Assembly (NCBI RefSeq): GCF_965222475.1
Contig: NZ_CBDCUB010000003.1
Span: 83,073-147,072 of the forward strand
Origin: Candidatus Palauibacter sp.
Lineage (GTDB): Bacteria; Gemmatimonadota; Gemmatimonadetes; Palauibacterales; Palauibacteraceae
Reading direction: 5' to 3'
DNA length: 64,000 nucleotides
Position 1 is the first letter of the stretch. Every line of letters starts with the position of its first letter. The position numbers were made by a program, and so were the translations under genes. The notes beneath the pieces were generated by a model that did no database searches, was not told the DNA's origin, and saw nothing but the letters and a program-made list of their open reading frames with translations. Shown here in pieces: positions 1-9,633 of this stretch.

Positions 1-1328
1 TCGTCGTCGCGAACATGGTGGGGACCGGCGTCTTCACCAGTCTCGGGTTCCAGCTCGAGGACCTCCGGTCGGGCTTCGCGCTGCTGATGCTGTGGATCGT
101 GGGCGGGGTGGCGGCCGTGTGCGGGGCGCTCACCTACGCCGAACTCGGCTCCACCATCCGGCGGTCGGGCGGTGAGTATGCCTTCCTGTCCCACATCTAC
201 CACCCGGCGGCCGGCTTCGTCTCCGGGTGGATCTCGGCCACGATCGGGTTCGCGGCCCCGACCGCGCTCGCCGCGATCACGTTCGGCACCTACCTGTCGT
301 CGGTCTTCCCGGCGCTGCCGGCGCGGTGGCTGGCCGTGGGGCTGGTCGTGGTCCTGTCGTTCGTGCACGCGAGCACGCACCGGACGTCGGGCGGCTTCCA
401 GCGCTGGACGACCACGCTAAAGGTCGCACTCATCATAGCTTTCTGCGCGGCAGGGGTATCGCTGGTCACCGAGTCGCAGCCGCTCGACATCCTGCCCTCG
501 GCGGCCGGAGTGTCGAGCATCCTGTCGGGCGGGTTCGCGGTGTCGCTGATCTTCGTCTCCTACTCCTACTCGGGCTGGAACGCCGCGACCTACGTGACCC
601 GCGAACTCCGTGACCCGCGCCGAATCCTTCCGCGCGCGCTCGGGGCCGGGACGCTGCTCGTGATGGTGCTGTACGTCGGCCTCAACTACGTCTTCCTGCG
701 CGCCGCGCCCGCCGAGGAACTGGTGGGGCGGCTCGAGGTCGGGTACATCGCGGCGACGCACATCTTCGGGCCGCGGGGCGCGGACATCATGGGAATCACG
801 CTCGCCCTGCTGCTGGTCTCCACCGTGAGCGCCATGGTGCTGGCGGGCCCACGGGTTCTGCACGCGATCGGAGGAGACTATCCGACATTCCGCCTCCTCA
901 GGAGGCTGAACGCCCGGGGGATTCCGGCCGTGGCGATCTACACGCAGGGCGCGATCAGTCTCGCCTTCATCCTGACGGAGTCGTTCGAGACGATCCTCGT
1001 CTTCTCGGGGTTCACGATGGGCCTGAACACATTGATCGCCGCGGCGGGCGTGTTCGTGCTCCGGCGGCGAGGATCGCCGGCGGCCCCCGATAGGGAAGCG
1101 GGCGACGGGTCACGAGCGGGAACCGGGCCCGAAGCCGGCCCGCCCTACCGGGCGTGGGGGTATCCGGTCACGCCGCTGGTCTTCGTGACGGTCACGGGGT
1201 GGACGCTGACCTACATCCTCATCGAGCGCCCCCTGGAGGCGGGGCTGGGACTCGGCCTGATAGCCGTCGGCCTCGCCATCTACGCGTTCACGCGCGCCCG
1301 CGACCGGGCGCTATCCCGGCTCCGCTGA
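1..1328 (+). CDS. APC-family amino acid permease (5'-partial)
   Basis: Frame is open to the window edge (VVANMVGTGVF), so the ATG at 15 is internal. G(T/S)G TM1 motif, GGEYAFL and YSGWN motifs, about 12 TM segments. Confidence 0.9.
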   Translation, partial: VVANMVGTGVFTSLGFQLEDLRSGFALLMLWIVGGVAAVCGALTYAELGSTIRRSGGEYAFLSHIYHPAAGFVSGWISATIGFAAPTALAAITFGTYLSSVFPALPARWLAVGLVVVLSFVHASTHRTSGGFQRWTTTLKVALIIAFCAAGVSLVTESQPLDILPSAAGVSSILSGGFAVSLIFVSYSYSGWNAATYVTRELRDPRRILPRALGAGTLLVMVLYVGLNYVFLRAAPAEELVGRLEVGYIAATHIFGPRGADIMGITLALLLVSTVSAMVLAGPRVLHAIGGDYPTFRLLRRLNARGIPAVAIYTQGAISLAFILTESFETILVFSGFTMGLNTLIAAAGVFVLRRRGSPAAPDREAGDGSRAGTGPEAGPPYRAWGYPVTPLVFVTVTGWTLTYILIERPLEAGLGLGLIAVGLAIYAFTRARDRALSRLR

Positions 1329-1477
1329 GAGGAGCGCGCGCTTGACCGCTTCGGGCTCCTTTTGGATCACCCGCAGAAGAGTGGCTTTCTGACAATCTTT
1401 CGGCGCTCCAGAGAGGCAGAGTTCCTCTTCAAGGGACCGCTCTCCCACGCATATGCCACACACGCGCGAGTTCTTCC

Positions 1478-2440
1478 TTGAACGCCCGTAACGCTTCGAC
1501 CCGGGATCCGCTGCTCGCGTTCGCGGCGGTGTACCTGGTCTGGGGATCGACCTATCTGGCGATCCGCTTCGGGGTGGAGACGATCCCGCCGTTCATCCTG
1601 GGCGGCGCCCGGTTTCTGACGGCGGGCCTCATCCTCACGGTCGTGTCGCGCGTGCGGGGCGCGCCCGCCCCGAAGCCGGCGGAGTGGAAGGCCGCGACGA
1701 TCTCGGGCGTGTTCATGGTCGTCGGCGGCAACGGGCTCGTGTGCTGGGCCGAGCTGTACGTGCCCTCGGGGCTGACCGCCCTCCTCGTGGCGACGGTGCC
1801 GCTGTGGCTCGTCGCGATCGCGCGGCGGGGGCCGGACCGGGAGGTGGCGCGTCCCCTCGAGATCCTGGGGCTGCTCCTCGGTCTCGCGGGCGTCGTCGTC
1901 CTCGTCACCGGTTCGAACGCGGAGATCGGGGTCGGCGGCGCGTCCTCGGACCAGGTCCTGCTGGGCACCATCGTCATCCTCGTCGCCTCGCTGAGCTGGG
2001 CCGTCGGCTCCATGTACAACCGGCGGGCGGCCCTTCCGTCGCCTCCGCTCTACGGAACGGGGCTGACGATGACCGCGGGCGGCGCGGTGCTCCTGTTGAT
2101 CGCCCTCGTCGCCGGGGAGTTCGGCCGCCTGTCTCTCGCCGACATCTCGGCCCGGTCGTGGTGGTCGTTGCTCTACCTGACGATGTTCGGGTCGATCATC
2201 GCGTTCTCGGCCTACATGTGGCTCCTGCGGAACGTCCGGCCCGCGGCGGCCGGGACGTACGCCTACGTCAATCCGGTGGTAGCGTTGTTCCTGGGGTGGT
2301 GGCTGGCGGACGAAGCGCTCACGCTGCCGATGCTGGCGGGGACGGTGATCATCGTCGCGGCGGTCGTGCTGGTCCAGCGCGGGCGGGCGCCGAAGGGCGG
2401 CCCGAGACCGGCGACCGTGCGGGCGCCGGCCTCGAGGTAG
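1478..2440 (+). CDS. EamA/DMT family transporter (YedA-like)
   Basis: VYLVWGSTYLAIR N-terminus, AYVNPVVA motif, about 10 TM segments; TTG start uncertain. Confidence 0.9.
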   Translation: MNARNASTRDPLLAFAAVYLVWGSTYLAIRFGVETIPPFILGGARFLTAGLILTVVSRVRGAPAPKPAEWKAATISGVFMVVGGNGLVCWAELYVPSGLTALLVATVPLWLVAIARRGPDREVARPLEILGLLLGLAGVVVLVTGSNAEIGVGGASSDQVLLGTIVILVASLSWAVGSMYNRRAALPSPPLYGTGLTMTAGGAVLLLIALVAGEFGRLSLADISARSWWSLLYLTMFGSIIAFSAYMWLLRNVRPAAAGTYAYVNPVVALFLGWWLADEALTLPMLAGTVIIVAAVVLVQRGRAPKGGPRPATVRAPASR

Positions 2441-2455
2441 CCGCCCGGACGCCGA

Positions 2456-2839
2456 TCAGAAGGGCGGCGGGCCGCGCCGCTGCCGCTGCTCGGCCACATA
2501 CTCCCGGTACTTCTCCATCTGCTCGTCGCTCAGCACCTCGGCGAGCCTGGTTTCCGTCTCCTCCCGCATCTCCTGGATCCTCGCCATCATGGCGTCCCGG
2601 TCCATCGAACCCCGCACCCCCTGGAAGCGCTCGCGGCGGCTATCCATCTGCGCCTGGAGGATCTCGCGGACCTTCACGACCTGCTCCTCGTCGAGTTCGA
2701 GCCGCTCCGTGAGCGCCGTCATCCGGTCGTCGAGGCTCATGCCGAAGCCACGGCCTCCCCGCTGAGCCTGCGCCTCCAGCGGCGCCGCGGCGGCGGCGGC
2801 GATCAACACGACGGCGAACGTCCCAAGCATCTTCTTCAT
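2456..2839 (-). CDS. Small secreted helical protein, Spy/CpxP/DUF4890-like
   Basis: Signal peptide, then charged helical repeats (L-x-L-DEEQ, VLSDEQ). Confidence 0.6.
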   Translation of the reverse strand: MKKMLGTFAVVLIAAAAAAPLEAQAQRGGRGFGMSLDDRMTALTERLELDEEQVVKVREILQAQMDSRRERFQGVRGSMDRDAMMARIQEMREETETRLAEVLSDEQMEKYREYVAEQRQRRGPPPF

Positions 2840-3064
2840 CGAGCTTCTCCCTTCGGACCTTTAATTCGTGCATGCGTTCCCGAGCTCATGCGCTCGCGCA
2901 TCGTGACGCGCCGCGCGTGGCCTCTTTCCACACGACACTCGCGGCCCCGCAAGCGTTAGGACCCTTGCGCCGGGGGCTTGCGAGGCGCTCAGCTACGGGT
3001 GGCCGGCACTGAGTGCCGGACCGAAGTGCCGGACCGGACCGGCCGGATCAAGCGGAGCAACCGA

Positions 3065-4573
3065 ATGGGGGTTCGCATGCGCGCTCGTCAACCATCCCGG
3101 GGTCTGTCCGTCCTCGCGACCGTCCTCCTCTCGTCCGCCTGTGGGCCGGAGGAGGGGGTCGAGCCCGCGGGGTCCGACGCGGCCGAAGTCGGGGAGTCCG
3201 GCGCCTCGGATGCGGCCCATGTGCGCGGCCACATCGCCGGGATGGCCGCCCACCACATCTGTTCGGGCGTGTTCGTCGTCGGCCGCGACTACGAACGCCC
3301 GGTCGAGGAGGTCGTGGCACAGGATATTCGGCGCTTCGACATCTTCAAATGGCAGGACGACTTCGAGTATGCCGTGAACTTCGAGACACGGACGGCCTCG
3401 GTGTCGGGAGATGGATTCGGGACCCGATCCGCCGAGTACAATGGGGACCAGGGCTGCACGGTCCTTCCGGCCGGATTCGAGGATGTCGCGTACGAGCCGC
3501 AGGTCGTCGAGCGACGCAGCCCGGATCCCGAGGTGACAGCCTGGCCCACCGGCGATGTGGGCGCGTACCACGACCCGCCGCCCGCGGAGGTCGACATGGA
3601 CGCGCTGGAGGCGGCGCTCGACTGGACGATGGCCCAGAGCGAGCACAACACGCGCGCGCTGGTCGTCATCTACGCCGGGAAGATCCTCGGCGAGCGCTAC
3701 GCGCCCGGCTTCGCGCGCAATACGCCGCAGATTTCATGGTCCCAGGGCAAGAGCGTCGCGAGCGCGCTGGTCGGGGCGGCAATCCAGGCCGGACACCTCG
3801 AGGCCGGACTCGACGACCCGGCGCCAGTCCCCGAATGGCAGGGACCTGAAGACCCCCGCCGGGAGATCCGCATCCGCGACATCCTGAACATGAGTTCGGG
3901 GCTCGACTTCGTGAACCTGGGCTGGCGAGACTCGCTGTCGTGGACGCACACGGACGAACACCGCCGCATCTACTTCGAGGGCATCGACGTGTTCGAGCAC
4001 GCCATCGATCAACCGATGGACCGCGCTCCGGGGGAGATCTTCCGCTACCGGAATTCCGACCCTCTCACGGCCAACCGCATCGTCCGGCAGGCGGTGGAGG
4101 CGCGCGGGGAGGACTGGCTCACCTATCCGCAACGCATCCTGTTCGACCGGATCGGGGCGCGGAACTTCGTCCTCGAGACGGACGCCTGGGGCAACTTCAT
4201 CATCAGCGGCTACGATTACGGGAGCGCCTGGGACTGGGCCCGGTTCGGCCTCCTCCACCTGTGGGACGGGGTGTGGCCGACGCCGGACGGCGGCAGCGAC
4301 CGCATCCTCCCCGAGGGCTGGGTCGACTTCGTCAGCGCGCCCGCGCCGGGGGCCGACCTCCTCAACTACGGCGGACTCTTCTGGCTCAACCGCGGCGGCT
4401 CGCTCCCGCGCGCGCCGGAGGACGCCTTCTGGTCCGCCGGGTTCATGGGACAGTACACGGTGATCATCCCGTCCCGGGACCTCGTGATCGTGCGGCTCGG
4501 GCCGAGTCCCGGCGACATCAGCGCGTATCTGTCCGACATCATCGGCGAGGTGACGGATGCGATCGATCGCTAG
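3065..4573 (+). CDS. Serine hydrolase lipoprotein (beta-lactamase class C / NylB-like)
   Basis: SWSQGKS (SxxK), FRYRN, lipobox LLSSAC. Start taken at ATG 3065 or 3077 rather than 2978. Confidence 0.88.
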   Translation: MGVRMRARQPSRGLSVLATVLLSSACGPEEGVEPAGSDAAEVGESGASDAAHVRGHIAGMAAHHICSGVFVVGRDYERPVEEVVAQDIRRFDIFKWQDDFEYAVNFETRTASVSGDGFGTRSAEYNGDQGCTVLPAGFEDVAYEPQVVERRSPDPEVTAWPTGDVGAYHDPPPAEVDMDALEAALDWTMAQSEHNTRALVVIYAGKILGERYAPGFARNTPQISWSQGKSVASALVGAAIQAGHLEAGLDDPAPVPEWQGPEDPRREIRIRDILNMSSGLDFVNLGWRDSLSWTHTDEHRRIYFEGIDVFEHAIDQPMDRAPGEIFRYRNSDPLTANRIVRQAVEARGEDWLTYPQRILFDRIGARNFVLETDAWGNFIISGYDYGSAWDWARFGLLHLWDGVWPTPDGGSDRILPEGWVDFVSAPAPGADLLNYGGLFWLNRGGSLPRAPEDAFWSAGFMGQYTVIIPSRDLVIVRLGPSPGDISAYLSDIIGEVTDAIDR

Positions 4574-4606
4574 CCACGGGCTGCCAGCCCGCTTTCTCGT
4601 CGCGAA

Positions 4607-4642
4607 ATGGGAGTTCGCATGAGCGTTCGCATGGGAGTTCGT
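4607..4642 (+). repeat. Three 12-bp tandem units (MGVR-MSVR-MGVR)
   Basis: atgggagttcgc atgagcgttcgc atgggagttcgt. The first paralogue begins with a single atgggggttcgc unit followed by another ATG. Confidence 0.8.
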
Positions 4643-6089
4643 CCCCGGCATGTCACCATGGTCGCAGCGGCGACTGCCCTCCTGGCGCCGGGCTGTGCGC
4701 CGGAGCCGGCTCAGACGGAGGAAGACGAGGCCCACATACGCGGACACGCCGCCGGGATGGCCGCGCACCACCTCTGCGCCGGCGTCTTCGTGGTGGGGCC
4801 GGGACTACGAGCGGTCTGTCGAGGAGGTCGTGGCGCAGGACATCCGGCCCTTCGACCGGTTCGACTGGCAGGACGATTTCGAGTACGCCGTGGACTTCGA
4901 GACGCGGACCGCCTCCGTCTCGGGAGACGGACTCCGCACGCAGTACGCCGAGTACAACGGCGACCAGGGCTGCACGATTCTGCCGGCCGGACTGGAGGAT
5001 GTGACCTTCGAGCCGCGGGTCGTCGAGCGGCTCAGCCCGGATCCCGCGGTGACCGCGTGGCCCACGGGCGACGTGGCCGCATATCACGACCCGCCGCCCT
5101 CGGAGGCCGACATGGCCGCGCTGGGAGCGGCTCTCGACTGGGCGATGGCCCAGAGCGAACACAACACCCGCGCGCTGGTGGTCGTCTACGCCGGGAAGAT
5201 CCTCGGCGAGCGTTACGCCCCCGGGTTCACGCGTAACACGCCGCAGATCTCGTGGTCCCAGGGCAAGAGCATCGCGAGCGCCCTCGTCGGGGCGGCGATC
5301 CAGGCCGGCCATCTCGATGTCGGACTGGACGATCCCGCGCCGGTGCCCGAATGGCAGGGAGTCGACGACCCGCGCCGGGAGATCCGCATCCGCGACCTCC
5401 TGAACATGAGTTCCGGGCTCGATTTCCTGAACCTGGGCTCGGATCCGGAACTCCGCTGGACGCACGCTCACGAACACTCCCGGATCTACTTCGAGGGCAT
5501 CGACGTGTTCGAGCACGCCATCGACCAGCCGATGGACACGCTTCCGGGCGCGATCTTCCGGTACCGGAACTCCGACCCTCTCACCGCGATCCGCATCGTG
5601 CGACAGGCGGTCGAGGCGCGCGGAGAGGACTGGCTCACCTACCCGCAGCGCATCCTGTTCGACCGCATCGGGGCGAGGAACTACGTCCTCGAGACGGACG
5701 CCTGGGGCAACTTCATCATCACCGGCTACGACTACGGGAGCGCCTGGGACTGGGCGCGGTTCGGCCTCCTCCACCTGTGGGACGGGGTATGGCCGACGCC
5801 CGATGGCGGATCCGACCGCATCCTCCCGGAGGGCTGGGTCGACTTCGTAAGCACGCCCGCCCCGGGCGCCGCACTCCGCAACTACGGCGGGCTGTTCTGG
5901 GTGAATCGCGGCGGCGCGTTTCCGAGAGCCCCGGAGGACGCGTACTGGGCGGCAGGGGCCATGGGACAGTACACGGCCATCATCCCGTCCCGGGATCTCG
6001 TGATCGTCCGGCTGGGGCCGAGCCCGGGCGACCACGGCGCCTACATGTCGGACATCATCGGTGAGGTGACGGCGGCAATCGACCGGTAA
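4607..6089 (+). pseudogene. Tandem paralogue of the upstream serine hydrolase with a +1 frameshift (real or sequencing error)
   Basis: N-terminus lies in the 4607 frame (lipobox LAPGC, HIRGHAAGMAAHHLC) and the remainder in the 4650 frame. An extra G in GGGG 4795-4798 breaks VFVVGRDYER; total length is 3n+1. Confidence 0.85.
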
Positions 6090-6169
6090 CGGTCCGCCAT
6101 CGTAATGTGTAGGTCCTTTCCCTCGAAGTTCCGGGGGAGTCGTCCAGTTCCCGTCGCCAGGAGGCGTTT

Positions 6170-8749
6170 GTGTACTCCGTGACCTGTTTCCGGCTGCGTC
6201 TGATCGCGTTTCTTCTCTTCCTCATCCCCGCGTCGACGGCCGCGCAGGACTCCGGGGGCGAGCTCCCGTCGATCGAGGAAAAGACGGCTTCGATGCGGGC
6301 CATCGACGGCTTCGTCCCCATGTATTGGGAGGCGTCGAGCGGCAAGCTGTGGCTGGAGATCTCCCGCTGGGAGACCGACATCCTCCACATGACGGGGCTC
6401 GCCTCGGGGCTGGGTTCGAACGACATCGGACTCGACCGGGGGGCGCTCGCCGGCTCGCGCCTCGTGCGCTTCCAGCGGGTGGGGCCCAAGGTGCTGCTGA
6501 TCCAGCCCAACCTCGACTTCAGGGCAAGCAGCCCGAACCCGCGCGAGGTACAGGCGGTGACGGACGCGTTCGCGCCCTCCACGCTGTGGGGCTTCACTGC
6601 GGCGGCGGAGACGGACGGGCGCGTCCTCGTCGATGCGACGGACTTCGTCGTCCGGGACATGATCAACTGGGCCCAGCGGCTACGGCCGGGGACGTACCGG
6701 TTCGATGCGAGCCGGAGCGCGGTCCACCTCCCGATGACGATGGGGTTCCCGGAGAACACCGAGATCGAGGCCTCCCTCACCTTCGTCCGCCAGCCGGGGG
6801 CCGGGGGCGGAGGCTTCGGCGGTTTCGGGGGCGGGGGCGGAGCGTTCGAGGGTGTCGGAAACGTGGCCTCGACCGGCGAGGCCGCGACGATCCGGCTGCA
6901 TCATTCCTTCGTGCAGCTCCCCGAGTTGGGCGAATACACGCCACGGGCGTTCGATCCGAGGGCCGGTTTCGGCGCCATGAGCTTCGCGGACTACTCCGCG
7001 CCGCTGGGCGAGGACATGCGGCAGCGGTTCATCCGGCGGCACCGGCTCGAGAAGCGGGATCCATCGGCGGCCGCGAGTGATCCGGTCGAGCCCATCGTCT
7101 ACTATCTCGACGCGGGGGCGCCCGAGCCGATCCGAACCGCGCTGCTCGAGGGGGCCCGCTGGTGGAACCAGGCCTTCGAGGCGGCCGGGTTCCGCGATGG
7201 GTTTCAGGTGGAGATGCTGCCGGAGGGCGTGAGTTCGCACGACGTGCGGTACAACGTGATCAACTGGGTGCATCGCTCCACGCGCGGCTGGAGCACCGGG
7301 GGGTCGGTCACGGACCCGCGCACGGGCGAGATCCTCAAGGGCGTCGTGACGCTCGGGTCGCTCCGCTGGCGGCAGGACTACCTGATCGCCGAGGGTCTGC
7401 TCTCCCCCTACGCGAACGGCGACGAGGTGCCGGGGGCCATCGCCGAGTGGGCGCTGGCGCGGATTCGGCAACTGTCGGCGCACGAAGTGGGGCACACGCT
7501 CGGCCTCGGCCACAACTACTACGACAGCAGCCGCGGCCGGATCTCGGTCCTGGACTATCCCCATCCGCTGGTGACCCTGGGGAACGATGGACGGCTCGAC
7601 TACTCCGAGGTCTATGACGTGGACATCGGGGAATGGGACAAGGTCGCGATCACGTACGGTTACTCGGACTTCCCGCCCGGGACCGACGAAACCGCCGAGC
7701 TGCGGCGGATCCTCGACGAGGCGTGGGACGAGGACATCATCTACTTCACGAATCAGGACATCGGGATCCACGCGCGCGCCGACCAGTGGTCGAACGGGGT
7801 GGACGCGGCGGCGGAACTCGACCGGATGATGGAGGTGCGGCGGCACGCGCTGGACCGATTCGGGGAGGCGGCGATCCGCGCCGGCAGGCCGATCGTCACC
7901 GTCGAGGAGGCGCTGGTCCCGCTCTACATGCACCACCGCTATCAGGTGGATGCGGCCGCCTCGATGCTCGGGGGGCTGGAATACATCTACGCGTTCCGCG
8001 GCGACGGGCGGACGCCCATGCGGCGGGTGTCGGGCGATGCGCAACGGGCTGCCCTCGCTGCGTTGGCGGCGACGCTGCGGCCGGCAGAACTCGCGATTCC
8101 GGCGGGGGTGCTCGATCTGCTGCCGCCCCGGCCGCCCGGCTTCGGTCGCTCCCGGGAGACGTTCCCGCGCTACACGGGGCCGGCCTTCGATGCGGTCACG
8201 CCCGCAGTCGTCGCGGCGGACCATACGATCTCCCGGGTGCTGCAGCCGGCGCGGGCCGCCCGATTGGTGGAACAGCACGCGCTCGACCCGGAGTTGCCGG
8301 GGCTCGACGAAGTTCTGATAGCGCTCGTCGACGGAGTTCGGCCCGCGGCGAACGAGACGCCGTACCACACGGAACTGCGGCTCGCGGCCTACCGCGTGCT
8401 CGTGGACCGAATCATGGCGCTGGCGGAAGGGGCCCCGATGCCGCATGTACGGGCCATCGCCACGCATCGGCTGGTGGAGCTGCGAGCCGAGATGGCGGCG
8501 AACCCGCCGCCGGAGAGGGACGCCGCCTTCGTGCACCTGATCGACCGCGACATCGAGCGCTTCCTCGACAAGCCGTCGTCGCCGTACGAGATGCCGGGGA
8601 CGCCGAACGCGCCGCCGGGCGCTCCAATCGGGCAGCCGGCCATGGACTGGCTAGCGGGCGAAGCCTGGACCGCCGCCGGTCCCGCGGGCTGGGCAACGCG
8701 GTGGCTTGGCATCTCCCCTGTCTGTGAAGCTGACCGAGGCGGTTTCTGA
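6170..8749 (+). CDS. Secreted zinc-dependent metalloprotease (DUF5117/DUF4953 EcxA-like)
   Basis: HEVGHTLGLGH (HExxHxxGxxH), DPRTGEILKG, signal peptide; GTG start with GGAGG upstream. Confidence 0.9.
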   Translation: MYSVTCFRLRLIAFLLFLIPASTAAQDSGGELPSIEEKTASMRAIDGFVPMYWEASSGKLWLEISRWETDILHMTGLASGLGSNDIGLDRGALAGSRLVRFQRVGPKVLLIQPNLDFRASSPNPREVQAVTDAFAPSTLWGFTAAAETDGRVLVDATDFVVRDMINWAQRLRPGTYRFDASRSAVHLPMTMGFPENTEIEASLTFVRQPGAGGGGFGGFGGGGGAFEGVGNVASTGEAATIRLHHSFVQLPELGEYTPRAFDPRAGFGAMSFADYSAPLGEDMRQRFIRRHRLEKRDPSAAASDPVEPIVYYLDAGAPEPIRTALLEGARWWNQAFEAAGFRDGFQVEMLPEGVSSHDVRYNVINWVHRSTRGWSTGGSVTDPRTGEILKGVVTLGSLRWRQDYLIAEGLLSPYANGDEVPGAIAEWALARIRQLSAHEVGHTLGLGHNYYDSSRGRISVLDYPHPLVTLGNDGRLDYSEVYDVDIGEWDKVAITYGYSDFPPGTDETAELRRILDEAWDEDIIYFTNQDIGIHARADQWSNGVDAAAELDRMMEVRRHALDRFGEAAIRAGRPIVTVEEALVPLYMHHRYQVDAAASMLGGLEYIYAFRGDGRTPMRRVSGDAQRAALAALAATLRPAELAIPAGVLDLLPPRPPGFGRSRETFPRYTGPAFDAVTPAVVAADHTISRVLQPARAARLVEQHALDPELPGLDEVLIALVDGVRPAANETPYHTELRLAAYRVLVDRIMALAEGAPMPHVRAIATHRLVELRAEMAANPPPERDAAFVHLIDRDIERFLDKPSSPYEMPGTPNAPPGAPIGQPAMDWLAGEAWTAAGPAGWATRWLGISPVCEADRGGF

Positions 8750-8754
8750 CGGCG

Positions 8755-8773
8755 ACGTTCCCGCGGGAACGCG
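8755..8773. repeat. 19-bp repeat copy 1, containing the perfect 16-bp palindrome CGTTCCCGCGGGAACG
   Basis: ACGTTCCCGCGGGAACGCG, identical to 9608-9626; lies between two convergent stop codons. Confidence 0.9.
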
Positions 8774-8782
8774 AGGGGCGTG

Positions 8783-9412
8783 TCAGCGCGGGTTCCGGAT
8801 AGCGCGGATCGCTTCCAGAACCTGCTGCTGATTCGTGCGCATGTCCGAGCGGATGTCGCTGACCGCCGTCGTCATATCCGAGCGGAGCCCCACGATCTCG
8901 GCCGTCATGTCCGAGCGGAGCCCGCGCACCTCCTCGCGGACCTCGCCGATGGCGGCGGTGAGCCGCTGGTCGACTCGCTCTATTCGGGTCTCCACATGCT
9001 TCAGATCGTTGTTCCGGAGCTGGCCGATCGCCGCCTTCATGTCGGAGCGGACGCCGTCGATCGCCGCCGTCATGTCCGTACGGACGCCGTCGATCGCCGC
9101 CTTCAAGTCCGAACGGAGGCTGCGGCTCTCGGTCTTCATGTCCGAACGGACCCCACCGATCTCGGCCTTCATCTCCGCGCGCACGCCGGCGATCCCCGTC
9201 GCCATGTCCGCGCGCACGCCGGCGATCCCCGTCGTCATGTCCGTGCGCACGCCGGCGATCCCCGTCGCCATGTCCGTGCGCACGCCGGCGATCCCCGTCG
9301 TCATGTCCGTACGAAGGGCTCGAAGGATCCGCCAGAGCACGAGGATTACGGAGGCGCCGGTTCCGACAGCGGTTCCGGCGGCGGTAACTACCGCAAGGGC
9401 GACGTCGCTCAT
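8783..9412 (-). CDS. Membrane-anchored coiled-coil protein with 11-aa (hendecad) repeats (CCDC90/DUF1640-like)
   Basis: Hydrophobic N-terminus from MSDVALAVV, then repeats of IAGVRTDMTTG type; start at 9412 inferred. Confidence 0.75.
   Translation of the reverse strand: MSDVALAVVTAAGTAVGTGASVILVLWRILRALRTDMTTGIAGVRTDMATGIAGVRTDMTTGIAGVRADMATGIAGVRAEMKAEIGGVRSDMKTESRSLRSDLKAAIDGVRTDMTAAIDGVRSDMKAAIGQLRNNDLKHVETRIERVDQRLTAAIGEVREEVRGLRSDMTAEIVGLRSDMTTAVSDIRSDMRTNQQQVLEAIRAIRNPR
9180..9311 (-). repeat. Four near-identical 33-bp in-frame tandem units
   Basis: cgcacgccggcgatccccgtcg(c/t)catgtccg(c/t)(g/a) starting at 9180, 9213, 9246 and 9279. Confidence 0.95.
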
Positions 9413-9607
9413 CGCGGCCCTGGGGTCTTCATCAGAGTCAAGCCTTCCTCCTCCCTGATTCAAGCTAGCGCGGTCGGGGCGGTTTCCGGAAACGGACGCG
9501 GGCGGCATCGGGCTGAGGGCGGCGCCTGCCGTCGCAAGCCAAGGATGCAGAGCGGTATGAACCGGCCCTCAACGGGCACGTGGCCGGACCTGGAGATGCG
9601 GAGGGGA

Positions 9608-9626
9608 ACGTTCCCGCGGGAACGCG
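9608..9626. repeat. 19-bp repeat copy 2 with 16-bp palindrome
   Basis: Identical to 8755-8773; immediately downstream of the YfcC-family stop codon. Confidence 0.9.
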
Positions 9627-9633
9627 GGGACCG

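Noticed and set aside
1329-1477. Possible riboswitch or leader peptide (MPHTREFFLERP) upstream of the EamA gene
   Set aside because: No conserved motif of a riboswitch class I know; the short ORF has no supporting evidence.
9180-9311. 33-bp repeats as a CRISPR array
   Set aside because: Units are directly adjacent with no spacers, in frame in a coding sequence, and no cas genes are present.
8755-9626. Integron cassette with attC sites
   Set aside because: No GTTRRRY/RYYYAAC core sites of attC type and no integrase in the window; kept only as a generic repeat-flanked cassette.
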